From an uncultured Candidatus Saccharibacteria bacterium (GTDB lineage: Bacteria > Patescibacteriota > Minisyncoccia > UBA6257 > 2-01-FULL-56-20), in contig CAYLWL010000002.1 in the NCBI GenBank assembly GCA_964387675.1, forward strand, positions 22,514 through 86,513: 64,000 nucleotides of DNA, in the 5' to 3' direction. Made by a program: the position numbers and the translations under genes. Shown here piece by piece: positions 9,399 through 18,811 of this stretch. Below the pieces are notes generated by a model. That model searched no databases. It saw only the letters and a program-made list of their open reading frames with translations, and was not told the origin of the DNA. The stretch's first letter is position 1. Each line of letters opens with the position of its first letter.

Positions 9399-10502
9399 TT
9401 AGGACAAGTGTTCTATTATTGCTATTTCCAGAGGTACGCTTGCGAACGGCGAGTAGCGCATTTCCGAATATGCGCGGATGAGGGATTTTATCAGGCGAAT
9501 TGCCGATTCGGTTTCGAGCGAGGCGGACAGTTTTTTTATCTTTTCGATTTCGTCCGAAGTCATTTCGCCGCCGAACGATTTTTCGAGGGCGGGGTTCAAC
9601 TTAAGCGTAAGCACCTTTCTTAGATAGTGGATCAGGTCTTTGGTGAGTTGCACTACATTGTGTCCCTCTTCGTTTAGTTCTTCGAGAAAGCCCAAGGCGC
9701 CTTGCAAATCTTTTTTCACGATGAATTCCGAAAGTCCGTGCACTTTTTTGAGGCCCACCCGGCCGGTTGTCCGCTCGACGGTTTTGAGGTCGATCGTTCC
9801 GCCCAAAGATCGCATTTGATCGAGCAGGGACTCGGCGTCGCGTAAGCTTCCTTCTCCAGCCGCCGCGATGAGTTCCAGGGCCGCCGCATCGACATCGATC
9901 TTTTCCGCCTGCGCGATCATGGCAAGTTTCTCGATGATTTTGACCTTCGGGAGTTTCTTGAAAACGAATCGTTGCGTTCGGGACGTGATCGTGGGAGGCA
10001 ACTTTTCGTATTCGGTGGTGGCAAGCACGAGAACCGCGTGCGACGGCGGTTCTTCGAGCGTTTTGAGAAGCGCGTTGAAAGCCGGGCCGGTCAACATATG
10101 CGCCTCGTCGATGATGTAGACCTTGTAGTCGGCCGACGAAGGAGACGTTTTGATGCTGTCTTTGAGGTCGCGGATTTCGTCGATGCCGCGGTTCGAGGCG
10201 GCGTCTATCTCGATCACGTCGAAAGAGTTTTGGTTGTCGATCTCGGTGCAGTGCCGGCAGGCGTTGCAGGGTTCGCCTTGGGCTCTGAACTTTTCATCGT
10301 CGCGGCGTTTTTCGCAGTTTAAGAGTTTAGCAATCAGCCGCGCGGTGGTGGTTTTTCCGGTTCCGCGAGGACCATAAAACAAATAAGCATGGCCAATGCG
10401 GTTGTTCTTGGCCGCGTTCTTCAAAATCAGCGCGTTCGTTTCTTGTCCCAAAAGCTCGTCAAGTTTTTTGGGACGGTATTTGCGGTAAAGTGCGAGGGCC
10501 AT
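9399..10502 (-). CDS. dnaX: DNA polymerase III subunit gamma/tau (short form)
   Basis: ALYRKYRP, GPRGTGKTT, EIDAASNRG, IIDEAHML, FNALLKTLEEPP. Confidence 0.95.
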   Translation of the reverse strand: MALALYRKYRPKKLDELLGQETNALILKNAAKNNRIGHAYLFYGPRGTGKTTTARLIAKLLNCEKRRDDEKFRAQGEPCNACRHCTEIDNQNSFDVIEIDAASNRGIDEIRDLKDSIKTSPSSADYKVYIIDEAHMLTGPAFNALLKTLEEPPSHAVLVLATTEYEKLPPTITSRTQRFVFKKLPKVKIIEKLAMIAQAEKIDVDAAALELIAAAGEGSLRDAESLLDQMRSLGGTIDLKTVERTTGRVGLKKVHGLSEFIVKKDLQGALGFLEELNEEGHNVVQLTKDLIHYLRKVLTLKLNPALEKSFGGEMTSDEIEKIKKLSASLETESAIRLIKSLIRAYSEMRYSPFASVPLEIAIIEHLS

Positions 10503-10560
10503 ATGTCTGAATTATAGGAAAAATTCTTGATATCTGCAAAATATCCGATATAATACTGAG

Positions 10561-11871
10561 ATGAGGTTGCGGGTTATTTTGGGAATAGTTGCTCTCGGCG
10601 CCATATTTTTTTTGGTTTTTGTGCCGCGCGTGGTTATTATCGCGCCCGTTGAACTTGCGAAAGTCGCCGTGAAATCGGCCGCTTCCGTTCTCCCCGGCAT
10701 TCCGGAAGCGATCGTTCCAGAGTCGAAACAAGGCCAGTCGAAAATATCGGGAACATCGGATTTGCCCAATCAGCCGCCGCTCGCAAACCCGCCGGATGTC
10801 GCAAAGGGGATCTATGTGACCGGTTGGTCGGCGGGTTCGCAGTCGAGAATAAGCTCGCTCATCGCGCTTGTGAAGCGCACGGAAGTAAACGCGATGGTGG
10901 TGGATATCAAGGATTATTCGGGCAATGTTTCGTACAGAACGGGGCTTCCGGAAGTTGTCGCGGCGGGCGCGGAAGGAGAAATCCGCGTCGCTCAGCCGAA
11001 TGCCCTCATCAAACGGCTTCACGACGAGCATATCTACATCATCGGGCGCATCACCGTGTTCCAGGATCCCATTTTGGCGAAGGCGCATCCCGAGTGGGCG
11101 CTTCAAAACAAAGTGACCGGCAAAACATGGACAGATAGCAAAAAACTTTCCTGGATGGATGCGGCCGCCAAGCCCGTTTGGGATTATACTATTGCTATCG
11201 CCAAGGATGCTTTCGCGCGCGGCTTCGACGAAATTCAATTCGATTATGTGCGGTTCGCCTCCGACGGCGCGCTCGGAGAGATCGATTATCCGTTTTGGGA
11301 CGCGAAAACGCCGCGGCACAAAGTCATCGCCGAGTTTTTCAAGTATCTGCGGGACAGCTTGCCGGGCAAGAAGATTTCCGCCGATCTTTTCGGTCTTGCG
11401 GCAGTTGATACCTGGGATGACCTGGGAATAGGCCAGGTTATTGAAGACGCCTACAAAAACTTCGATTACGTTTCGCCGATGGTGTATCCTTCGCACTTCG
11501 CCGCGGGAACGCTTGGCTATAAAAGCCCCGCCCAGCATCCGTACGAAATCGTAAAGTATTCGATGGAGCAGGCGCTCGCGAGGTTAGCAAAGAGCAAAGA
11601 GCAAAGAGCAAATAGTTCTTCTACTATTATTATCACAACATCATCCGATCAATTCGCTATCGGCCCTTTGCCCTTCGCTGCGAAGTTACGCCCGTGGCTT
11701 CAGGACTTCAATCTCGGAGCAACCTATAACGCGGAGATGGTGCGCAAGCAGATCCAGGCGACCTATGACGTTTTCCTGAACGGCACTTCGAGCGATCCTT
11801 CCAGATTCGGCGGCTGGATACTCTGGGATCCCGCGAATACGTACACGGAAGGAGCGTTGGAGCGAGGATGA
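10561..11871 (+). CDS. putative glycoside hydrolase (DUF4015-like), membrane anchored
   Basis: KGIYVT, NAMVVDIKD, GFDEIQFDYVRF, SPMVYPSH, RPWLQDF. Confidence 0.8.
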   Translation: MRLRVILGIVALGAIFFLVFVPRVVIIAPVELAKVAVKSAASVLPGIPEAIVPESKQGQSKISGTSDLPNQPPLANPPDVAKGIYVTGWSAGSQSRISSLIALVKRTEVNAMVVDIKDYSGNVSYRTGLPEVVAAGAEGEIRVAQPNALIKRLHDEHIYIIGRITVFQDPILAKAHPEWALQNKVTGKTWTDSKKLSWMDAAAKPVWDYTIAIAKDAFARGFDEIQFDYVRFASDGALGEIDYPFWDAKTPRHKVIAEFFKYLRDSLPGKKISADLFGLAAVDTWDDLGIGQVIEDAYKNFDYVSPMVYPSHFAAGTLGYKSPAQHPYEIVKYSMEQALARLAKSKEQRANSSSTIIITTSSDQFAIGPLPFAAKLRPWLQDFNLGATYNAEMVRKQIQATYDVFLNGTSSDPSRFGGWILWDPANTYTEGALERG

Positions 11872-11884
11872 TACTTTGAAACAC

Positions 11885-12619
11885 ATGACACAAACATACG
11901 AACTAAAGCTCGAAAAATTCAGCGGACCGCTTGAAAAACTCCTCGAATTGATCGAAGAGAAAAAGCTTCAGATTGCCGAAATCAGCTTGGCTCAAGTTAC
12001 GGATGATTTTTTGAAGTATTTTAAGGCGCTTACCGATCTCGAGCGGGATTTGCATCTTGTGGCGGATTTTATTTCTATCGCAAGCAAGCTGATCCTTATA
12101 AAGTCAAAGTTCTTACTGCCGGATTTGACGCTTACGCCGGATGAAGAGCAGGGCATCAAAGACCTTGAGAAGCGCCTCAAAATGTATCAAGAACTCAAGC
12201 CGGTGTTGAAGATTCTCGAGAAGCTTTGGCAGGGAGCGGAACGGGAATTCGGCCGGGAATACTTTTTGAGCAAGGGCTACGTATCGGGCGGAGATGCCCA
12301 TTTTGTTTTTTACCCGGGCAAGGGGCTGTATACGCAAGCTCTCTTCGAAGCGGCAAAAAAGCTTTTCGACGCGCTCCGCGTGGAGGAGCTCGAAACGAAA
12401 ACAATCAAAGAAAAGATCATCAGTATTGAAGAAAAGATTGGGGAGGTGATCAAAAGGATTGAGAACGAATTAGAGATGAACTTTTCCAATCTGTCGAGCA
12501 AAAAATCCCGATCGGAAATCGTAGTCATCTTCCTCGCTATTTTGCACCTGGCTCGCGAGCAGCTCATATATCTTGAGCAATCGGAGCATTTCTCTGATAT
12601 AATCGTTAGAAAGAAATGA
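11885..12619 (+). CDS. scpA: segregation and condensation protein A
   Basis: FSGPLEKLLELIE, IKSKFLLP, FLAILHL. Confidence 0.9.
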   Translation: MTQTYELKLEKFSGPLEKLLELIEEKKLQIAEISLAQVTDDFLKYFKALTDLERDLHLVADFISIASKLILIKSKFLLPDLTLTPDEEQGIKDLEKRLKMYQELKPVLKILEKLWQGAEREFGREYFLSKGYVSGGDAHFVFYPGKGLYTQALFEAAKKLFDALRVEELETKTIKEKIISIEEKIGEVIKRIENELEMNFSNLSSKKSRSEIVVIFLAILHLAREQLIYLEQSEHFSDIIVRKK

Positions 12620-13031
12620 GATATGAGATATGAGAGATGAGGTCATAAACGAAGAAAAGTTTATTTTCGAGGATTTAAGGGTGTATCATAGAGCGTTGCA
12701 GCTTGCCGTTGAGCTTACTAAAATTGCAACAAAACTCCCCCACAGTTACTCGAGGATACGAGACCAGTTAATCGGGGCAGTTATTTCTATCCCATTAAAT
12801 CTTGCCGAAGGATCAGGTAGGTTGGGTGAAAAGGATAAAAAGAACTTCTATAAATTTAGTCGCTCTTCGGCATTTGAACTGATTCCAATTATTGATATAA
12901 TTTACCAATTAGAGCTTATCAACAAAGAGAAAAGAAATAATATTCGCCGCGAAGTTGTAGAACTTTCGCGTATCATTTCTGCTTTAATAAAAAAATCGTC
13001 CTAATTTCTCATTTCTCATGTCTAATTTCTC
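12611..13031. mobile_element. heptamer-arm element carrying a four-helix-bundle gene (GAGA(A/T)AT type) between scpA and scpB
   Basis: aagaaat-gagatat-gagatat-gagagat-gagg versus ccta-atttctc-atttctc-atgtcta-atttctc; arms contain the scpA stop and scpB start. Confidence 0.65.
12630..13004 (+). CDS. four-helix-bundle protein (23S rRNA-IVP family)
   Basis: FEDLRVY, DQLIGAVISIPLNLAEGSGR, SRSSAFEL. Confidence 0.9.
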   Translation: MRDEVINEEKFIFEDLRVYHRALQLAVELTKIATKLPHSYSRIRDQLIGAVISIPLNLAEGSGRLGEKDKKNFYKFSRSSAFELIPIIDIIYQLELINKEKRNNIRREVVELSRIISALIKKSS

Positions 13032-13623
13032 AATAGAAAAACTTGCGGAACTCGAAGCCCTCTTATTTATCCACGGTGAGCCGTTGGCTTTGAAGAAAAT
13101 CAGGTCTCTTTTGGATGTCAAACCCGAGGAATTGGATTCGCTCATCGCCGAATTGAAAAAGTGCCTCGAAACCGAGAATAGGGGACTCGCGCTCGTCGAG
13201 GATGGCGAGAAAATACAGCTGGTAACCAAGCCGAAGTTCGGCAAAATCCTCGAGAGTTTTATAAAAGAGGAATTATCGGAAGACCTGACGCCGGCGAGTT
13301 TGGAGGCCATGGCGCTCATCACGTATTTCGGGCCTATTTCAAGAAGCCGGCTTGATTACCTTCGCGGCGTCAACTCCACGTTTATTTTAAGAAGTTTGCT
13401 TCTGCGGGGGCTCGTGGAGCGTTTTCCCGACCCCGAGCGGCAAAACGCTTTTTTGTATCGCCCAACTTTTGATTTGTTGAGGCACTTGGGGCTTGAAAAA
13501 AAAGAGGATCTGCCGGACTTCGAAAAGTTCCAGTCGCTCATCAAGGCATTTGAGGCCCAGCAGGAGGCGCCGCCCGCAGCAGATTCTGCCATCGGCATAG
13601 TTTCCGACGAACAGAACAAATGA
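13018..13623 (+). CDS. scpB: segregation and condensation protein B
   Basis: LEALLFIHGEP, LT.ASLE, PISRSRLDYLRGVNS. Confidence 0.92.
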   Translation: MSNFSIEKLAELEALLFIHGEPLALKKIRSLLDVKPEELDSLIAELKKCLETENRGLALVEDGEKIQLVTKPKFGKILESFIKEELSEDLTPASLEAMALITYFGPISRSRLDYLRGVNSTFILRSLLLRGLVERFPDPERQNAFLYRPTFDLLRHLGLEKKEDLPDFEKFQSLIKAFEAQQEAPPAADSAIGIVSDEQNK

Positions 13624-14144
13624 CCTTAAAATCTTATATCTCTCCCGGGGTGAAAATAAAGAGAAGCAAAATTCAAGGCCTTGGGTTGGCCGCTGTAAAA
13701 AGTTTTAGAAAAGGAGACATCGTTGGCATAAAGAATGGCCATATTTTCGACAAGAAACAGTTTAAAAAACTCGGTGGATTTCAGAGTGATCTTGGCCGCG
13801 CGTTTTTACAAATAGCCGACAACTTTTTTATTGGACCCTCGCAACCTAAAGAATTGAAAAGAAGTAATATGTTTGTAAATCATTCTTGTGATCCCAACAT
13901 TGGGTTTCTGGGAAATATTGTTTCGGTTGCTATGCGTGACATAAGAACGGGGGAAGAACTAACCAACGATTACGCTACTTGGGTGAACTATCCATCTTAC
14001 GAATTAAGATGTAATTGTGGGAGTGGGACTTGTCGCAAAGTTATTACAGGTAGAGATTGGCGTCAGCCAAAACTTCAGAAAAAATACAAAGGATTTTTTT
14101 CGGCTTATATCCAAAAAAAGATTCACACGACACATGACACTTGA
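13620..14144 (+). CDS. SET-domain lysine methyltransferase
   Basis: SKIQGLGL, NHSCDPN, GEELTNDY, post-SET CNCGSGTC. Confidence 0.88.
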   Translation: MTLKSYISPGVKIKRSKIQGLGLAAVKSFRKGDIVGIKNGHIFDKKQFKKLGGFQSDLGRAFLQIADNFFIGPSQPKELKRSNMFVNHSCDPNIGFLGNIVSVAMRDIRTGEELTNDYATWVNYPSYELRCNCGSGTCRKVITGRDWRQPKLQKKYKGFFSAYIQKKIHTTHDT

Positions 14145-14159
14145 TACTTGATACGAACC

Positions 14160-15227
14160 ATGACCGACGACTTTCATAAATTCATTTTTCTGGGCGCGAT
14201 GATCGTTCTCGCCGTTTTCTCGAACCGCGATTCATTGTATCGGCAGAAAGCGGTGGTGGCCGACGCGAAGCAGTTTGCCCAAAATCAAACATCCCCGCTT
14301 GCGGTGAGCCGAGTCGAACCGCCCATGTTCGTTTTGAATCCTCCGAAAAAACAAGCGACCGCTCCCGCGTACCTCGGCGAACCGCGCGCGGCTGTTTCGG
14401 AAGATGCGTTTCCGCCTCTTGCGGAGGAAAAGAAATCAAGCTCCGTTCTTCAATCGTCTCCGGACGCGCCCGTCACGAGTTTCAAAAAAGTCGGGAATGA
14501 GGATCCGTCGAACGTGGGAGCCAACGTGGTTTTGGTTGCCGATCTCGCGAGCGGCGACGAATTCTTTTCGAAGGGTCCCGAAAAACGGTGGCCCATTGCC
14601 TCTATTACGAAGTTGATGTCCGCCGCAGTTGTTTCGAAAGAATTGGCTTTTCATCAATCGACGACGTTGCTGGAGGCCGATTTTCCTCTTGAGAGTCCCG
14701 GAAAAAACCTGAAAATCGAAGACAGGTATTCTGTCGCGGATTTGATGCTCGCGATGCTTCTCGAATCAAGCAACGAATCGGCGGAAGCGTTGGCCCGTAT
14801 GTATGGTCGTGAAAACTTTCTATCGGCGATGAATCAAACGGCGGCGCTCTGGGGCATTCCGGGCACGCACTTCAGCGATCCGACGGGGTTGTCTCCTTCG
14901 AATCAATCCACGAGCGCCGATTTGCGGAAGCTCGCCTTGACGATATACGGGGAATACCCGGAGATTTTCAAAATAACGAAAAAAGCATCTGCCAGAATCA
15001 CCGAACTCAATTTCGGCAAAAGGCTGTCGCTCACGAACATCAATCTTCTCGCGTCCCGCGCGGACTTTTTAGGCGGCAAAACCGGCTACATCGACGAGGC
15101 GGGGGGCAACCTGCTTTCGATCTTCTCTTATGCCCGCCGACCGATTATCATTATCGTACTGGGAAGCGACGATCGCTTCGGCGAAACGGAAAAGCTTCTC
15201 ACTTGGTTCGAGAAAAACTATCGTTAA
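14160..15227 (+). CDS. D-alanyl-D-alanine carboxypeptidase (peptidase S11)
   Basis: ASITKLM (SxxK), SSN, KTG motifs. Confidence 0.88.
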   Translation: MTDDFHKFIFLGAMIVLAVFSNRDSLYRQKAVVADAKQFAQNQTSPLAVSRVEPPMFVLNPPKKQATAPAYLGEPRAAVSEDAFPPLAEEKKSSSVLQSSPDAPVTSFKKVGNEDPSNVGANVVLVADLASGDEFFSKGPEKRWPIASITKLMSAAVVSKELAFHQSTTLLEADFPLESPGKNLKIEDRYSVADLMLAMLLESSNESAEALARMYGRENFLSAMNQTAALWGIPGTHFSDPTGLSPSNQSTSADLRKLALTIYGEYPEIFKITKKASARITELNFGKRLSLTNINLLASRADFLGGKTGYIDEAGGNLLSIFSYARRPIIIIVLGSDDRFGETEKLLTWFEKNYR

Positions 15228-15330
15228 AGAAAAAAGAAATGAGATATGAGAAACGAGGAACGAAAAGGAGTTCCCGATTGCACGAAACGTTCGTAGTTCC
15301 CAATCTCTCATTTCTAATTTCTCATCTCTA
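15227..15330. repeat. empty heptamer hairpin (GAGA(A/T)AT type) before mraY
   Basis: aagaaat-gagatat-gagaaac-gaggaac versus gttccca-atctctc-atttcta-atttctc-atctcta. Confidence 0.85.
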
Positions 15331-15335
15331 GACAC

Positions 15336-16382
15336 ATGCTCATCTTCCAAACTATCCGCGTGATGATTCTTACGGCCATTGCGTTCCTCGTGGCGCTCGC
15401 CGTGACGCCGCTGTGGTTCGGTTTTTTGAAGAAGCATCAGGTATCGAAGCAGATTAGAGATGGCGCTCAAGCACCCGTGTTCCACAAGTTTCACGAGAAA
15501 AAGGCGGGCACGCCCACGGCGGGAGGAGTGATTATTTGGGCAACCGTTCTCGGCCTCGCTCTTTTATTTTTCGCGGTGTCGAGGATGTCTGACGGCGTGT
15601 GGACATACCTGAACTTCGTGAACCGGGCCGAAACCTACCTGCCGCTCGCGGCGCTCGCCCTCGCGGCGCTTTTCGGGCTTCTCGACGATTGGTTTGGAAT
15701 GCGCAAAATTGGAGGCGCTCCCGGCGGCGGCCTCAAAATTCGCCACAAGTTGATTCTCTACGCCGTTCTTGCCGGAATCGGGGCGTGGTGGTTTTACTTC
15801 CGCTTGGGTTGGGACGTGTTGTACATCCCCTTTTTTGGAAACCTCGTGATCGGAGCGTGGTATATCCCGCTTTTTATTTTTATCATCGTCGCGAGCGCCT
15901 TCTCCGCGAACGAAACCGACGGTCTCGACGGGCTTTTGGGGGGAGTTTCCCTGTTCGCTTTCTTGGCCCTCACCACAGTCGCGTTCTTTTTGCATCGGTA
16001 CGATCTCGCGGCGTTCGGCGGAATGATGGTGGGGGCGCTCCTCGCGTTTTTATGGTTCAACATTTATCCGGCGAAGTTTTTTATGGGAGATACCGGTTCA
16101 ATGTCTTTGGGAATCACGATAGGCGTTATTTCGATGCTCACGAATACCACGCTTCTCCTCCCGTTCTTCGCGATTATCCTTGTTATCGAATCCCTCTCGG
16201 TGATTATTCAGCTCGCGGCAAAGAGAGTCCTGCATAAAAAGATTTTTCTTTCCACCCCCATCCACCACCACTTCGAGGCGCTTGGTTGGCCGGAATCGCA
16301 AGTGACCATGCGTTTTTGGATCATCTCGGCTGTTTTTTGCGGACTGGGACTCGTGCTCTTCTTCGCGTCGAGGTTTTTGTAA
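15336..16382 (+). CDS. mraY: phospho-N-acetylmuramoyl-pentapeptide transferase
   Basis: KAGTPTAGG, NETDGLDGL, FMGDTGS, PIHHHFE. Confidence 0.95.
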   Translation: MLIFQTIRVMILTAIAFLVALAVTPLWFGFLKKHQVSKQIRDGAQAPVFHKFHEKKAGTPTAGGVIIWATVLGLALLFFAVSRMSDGVWTYLNFVNRAETYLPLAALALAALFGLLDDWFGMRKIGGAPGGGLKIRHKLILYAVLAGIGAWWFYFRLGWDVLYIPFFGNLVIGAWYIPLFIFIIVASAFSANETDGLDGLLGGVSLFAFLALTTVAFFLHRYDLAAFGGMMVGALLAFLWFNIYPAKFFMGDTGSMSLGITIGVISMLTNTTLLLPFFAIILVIESLSVIIQLAAKRVLHKKIFLSTPIHHHFEALGWPESQVTMRFWIISAVFCGLGLVLFFASRFL

Positions 16383-16565
16383 TACAGATCACCGTCCCAT
16401 AGGAATCATTAAATTAAAATCATTTCCGTTATAACATAATATTATGTTATAACGGAAATGATTTTGTGGCCTGTTGGACGAGTACATTTGTTGTTGTTGT
16501 TTGACAGTAGATAAAGATTGCGCTACCCTGCCTATTAGTAACCTTGACGTTTTTGGAGGTGCGTA

Positions 16566-17810
16566 GTGACGCATTTGAAATGGGAACAGGAATTAGCAGA
16601 GCTTCTGAAGGATCCGGACATGTTGTTGCGGTTGGCGAAGGATGTGTCGATAACGACAACCCAGGACTTCCGTTTCGTTTCGATGAGCGGCAACGGGCCG
16701 TTCATTTGGGATGCCAACGGAAAGCGATACTTCGATTTCCACTCCGCGGTGGGGTCTATGAATTTGGGCCACGCCGTACACAAAGTGGAAGAGGCCATTT
16801 TTAGGCAGGGATTTCTGCTCGACCAGTTTTCCGATCAGGACGTCCCGAACGCGGTGAGCACGCTCCTCAAACTGCGGCTGACGCAGATCACGCCGGGGCG
16901 GTTTCCCAAGAAGGTTTTCTTGTGCAACTCCGGAACGGAAGCGATCGAAGGAGCCATCAAGATGCTTTTGGCCGCGAGGCCCGAGCGCAGGTATTTCATT
17001 TCCTTTGTCGGGGCTTTTCACGGCAGAACGTTGGGATCTTTGGCGCTTCATGGATCAAAAGACATCAACCGCGAGCGCTTCCCGCAGAGCTTGGAGGTTA
17101 TTCGCTTGCCATTCCCCGAAGTCGGTAAATACGCTGACGAGAATGACTGGTGGCGAAAGTTCTTTATCTCCATGGGGGCCGGAAACATTCTTCGTCCCTG
17201 GGTCAACGGCGTTTTCATCGAGCTTGTTCAAGGCGAGGGTGGCATCAACGTTGCAGACCCGCGCATCGTGCAGTCGTTGTGCAGGTTTTTGAAAGGGCAC
17301 GGAATCAAACTGGTCGTTGATGAGATACAGACGGGATTCTACCGGACCGGAAAGCTTTTTGCGTGCGAGCACTACGGCATCGAGCCGGACATTATCTGTT
17401 TCGGCAAGGCCGCCGGAGGCAGTTTGCCTTTCGGAGCCGTTGTGGCGAATGCCGACCTCGATTTCGACAAGCCCGGCCGTTTGTCGAACACGTTCGGCGG
17501 CAGTCAGAAGGTCGCGGCCGCCGCGCTTACGGTGATTGAACTCATGCAGTCGTTGGACATGGACTTGCTCAAGAGAAACATAGAAATTCTCACCGACTTT
17601 GCGCCGGAGGGCCTCGGTCTTATGCGGCGGTGGAGGTTCGAATCGAAAGAACTGCGCGACGCGTTCGTCATGGAAGCCGAAAACAGAGGAGTGCATCTCT
17701 TGGGCGCCGGCAGGGCGAACGTGCGGTTCATGCCGCAGGTGAATATACCAACCGAGCTCTTGGAAGAAGCGCTCGCGATTCTCCGCTCGATAGATATCCC
17801 GCATCTCTAG
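16566..17810 (+). CDS. class III PLP-dependent aminotransferase
   Basis: NSGTEAIEGAIK, FHGRT, ELVQGEGG, DEIQTGF.RTG, GKAAGG. Confidence 0.88.
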   Translation: MTHLKWEQELAELLKDPDMLLRLAKDVSITTTQDFRFVSMSGNGPFIWDANGKRYFDFHSAVGSMNLGHAVHKVEEAIFRQGFLLDQFSDQDVPNAVSTLLKLRLTQITPGRFPKKVFLCNSGTEAIEGAIKMLLAARPERRYFISFVGAFHGRTLGSLALHGSKDINRERFPQSLEVIRLPFPEVGKYADENDWWRKFFISMGAGNILRPWVNGVFIELVQGEGGINVADPRIVQSLCRFLKGHGIKLVVDEIQTGFYRTGKLFACEHYGIEPDIICFGKAAGGSLPFGAVVANADLDFDKPGRLSNTFGGSQKVAAAALTVIELMQSLDMDLLKRNIEILTDFAPEGLGLMRRWRFESKELRDAFVMEAENRGVHLLGAGRANVRFMPQVNIPTELLEEALAILRSIDIPHL

Positions 17811-17823
17811 CATCTACGAAAAA

Positions 17824-17856
17824 AGATTTCCCCCGACCATGTGGTCGGGGGATCAT
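17824..17856. terminator. probable bidirectional intrinsic terminator
   Basis: TCCCCCGACCA-TG-TGGTCGGGGGA hairpin between convergent genes. Confidence 0.6.
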
Positions 17857-17861
17857 TATTT

Positions 17862-18512
17862 TCACCACCTGAGCAAATCCATCCGGACAAGGGCTTTGTA
17901 GGCGCAAGCGACAGCGCTTTCTTCCACGAAAAGCCCGGAGTCCAGGACCTCTTTCCACTCGACAAGCGGAACCTTCAGGGTTCTCATAATCTTATTGGGC
18001 CTAGATTGTTTTCCTTCTTGCACTTCTTCGAGTCCCGAGGCAAGGAAGAGATGGGCTTTGAAACCATGATCGTCCGGACTCGCGCCACGATATTTGCCGG
18101 TTTCGATCAGTATGTGACCGAGGTACACCCAAATGCCGTGTCCGTAGCCGGTTTCGGCAAGATAGACCCTTCGGGTTTGCTCGGCGATCGCTCCGATTGT
18201 CGCATCGGGCGCGATCTTGCCGACGTCACCCGGAGGAAGCTCCCAGCTTGCTTGATTTACGCCGGGTTTCCACTGGCAAAGCGTCACGACGTCCATATCG
18301 ACCGTCAGTCCAAAGCACACCGCCCGCCCCGAGTTTCTCAAAATGGCCGTGTACGGTTCGACTCCGCCGTCGGTTTCGAGATGGTAGTCGAGCGTCCTGC
18401 CGAAGGAGGGGATTTCTGCCCCGATCTGCGGCTCGCCGACCACGGGCCATCCTCTGAAACAATCCTGGGAAGCCAACGCCTTGAATGCATCCACCGCCTT
18501 CATTTTTTCCAC
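17862..18512 (-). CDS. NUDIX-fold hydrolase (ADP-ribose pyrophosphatase-like, degenerate box)
   Basis: QWKPGV...WELPPG...RRVYLAETGY. Confidence 0.65.
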   Translation of the reverse strand: MEKMKAVDAFKALASQDCFRGWPVVGEPQIGAEIPSFGRTLDYHLETDGGVEPYTAILRNSGRAVCFGLTVDMDVVTLCQWKPGVNQASWELPPGDVGKIAPDATIGAIAEQTRRVYLAETGYGHGIWVYLGHILIETGKYRGASPDDHGFKAHLFLASGLEEVQEGKQSRPNKIMRTLKVPLVEWKEVLDSGLFVEESAVACAYKALVRMDLLRW

Positions 18513-18622
18513 TTTACACCCCTCTATATTACTTTTTGCGCTGCGTGTATTCTATGTGTTTGAAAATAATTTGTCAAACGTCGCGCGGAGATGGTATTAT
18601 GTTTGAGAAAATGCCCGGGAGT

Positions 18623-18683
18623 CCTGCCTGCCGGCAGGCAAGGCCTGTCTGCCGGCAGGCAGGCCTGCCTACCGGCAGACAGG
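18623..18683. repeat. three tandem copies of the ~20-bp palindrome CCTGCCTGCCGGCAGGCAGG
   Basis: Direct reading; enclosed by an AAATGCCC...GGGCATTT stem (18608-18710). Confidence 0.85.
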
Positions 18684-18811
18684 GAAAACTCGATTTCGCT
18701 AGGGGCATTTCAATTAAAATTTCACCATTAGGTTGTTGCTTAAAAAGCAACAAAGTCAGTAAATCAAAATTATCATCGAGTCTCTACTACTTTCTATTAC
18801 CTATTACCGGG

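Noticed and set aside
18485-18811. Long N-terminal extension of ProRS (PACRQA repeats)
   Set aside because: It is an open frame through palindromic repeats; ProRS homology starts at MLQSK (18812).
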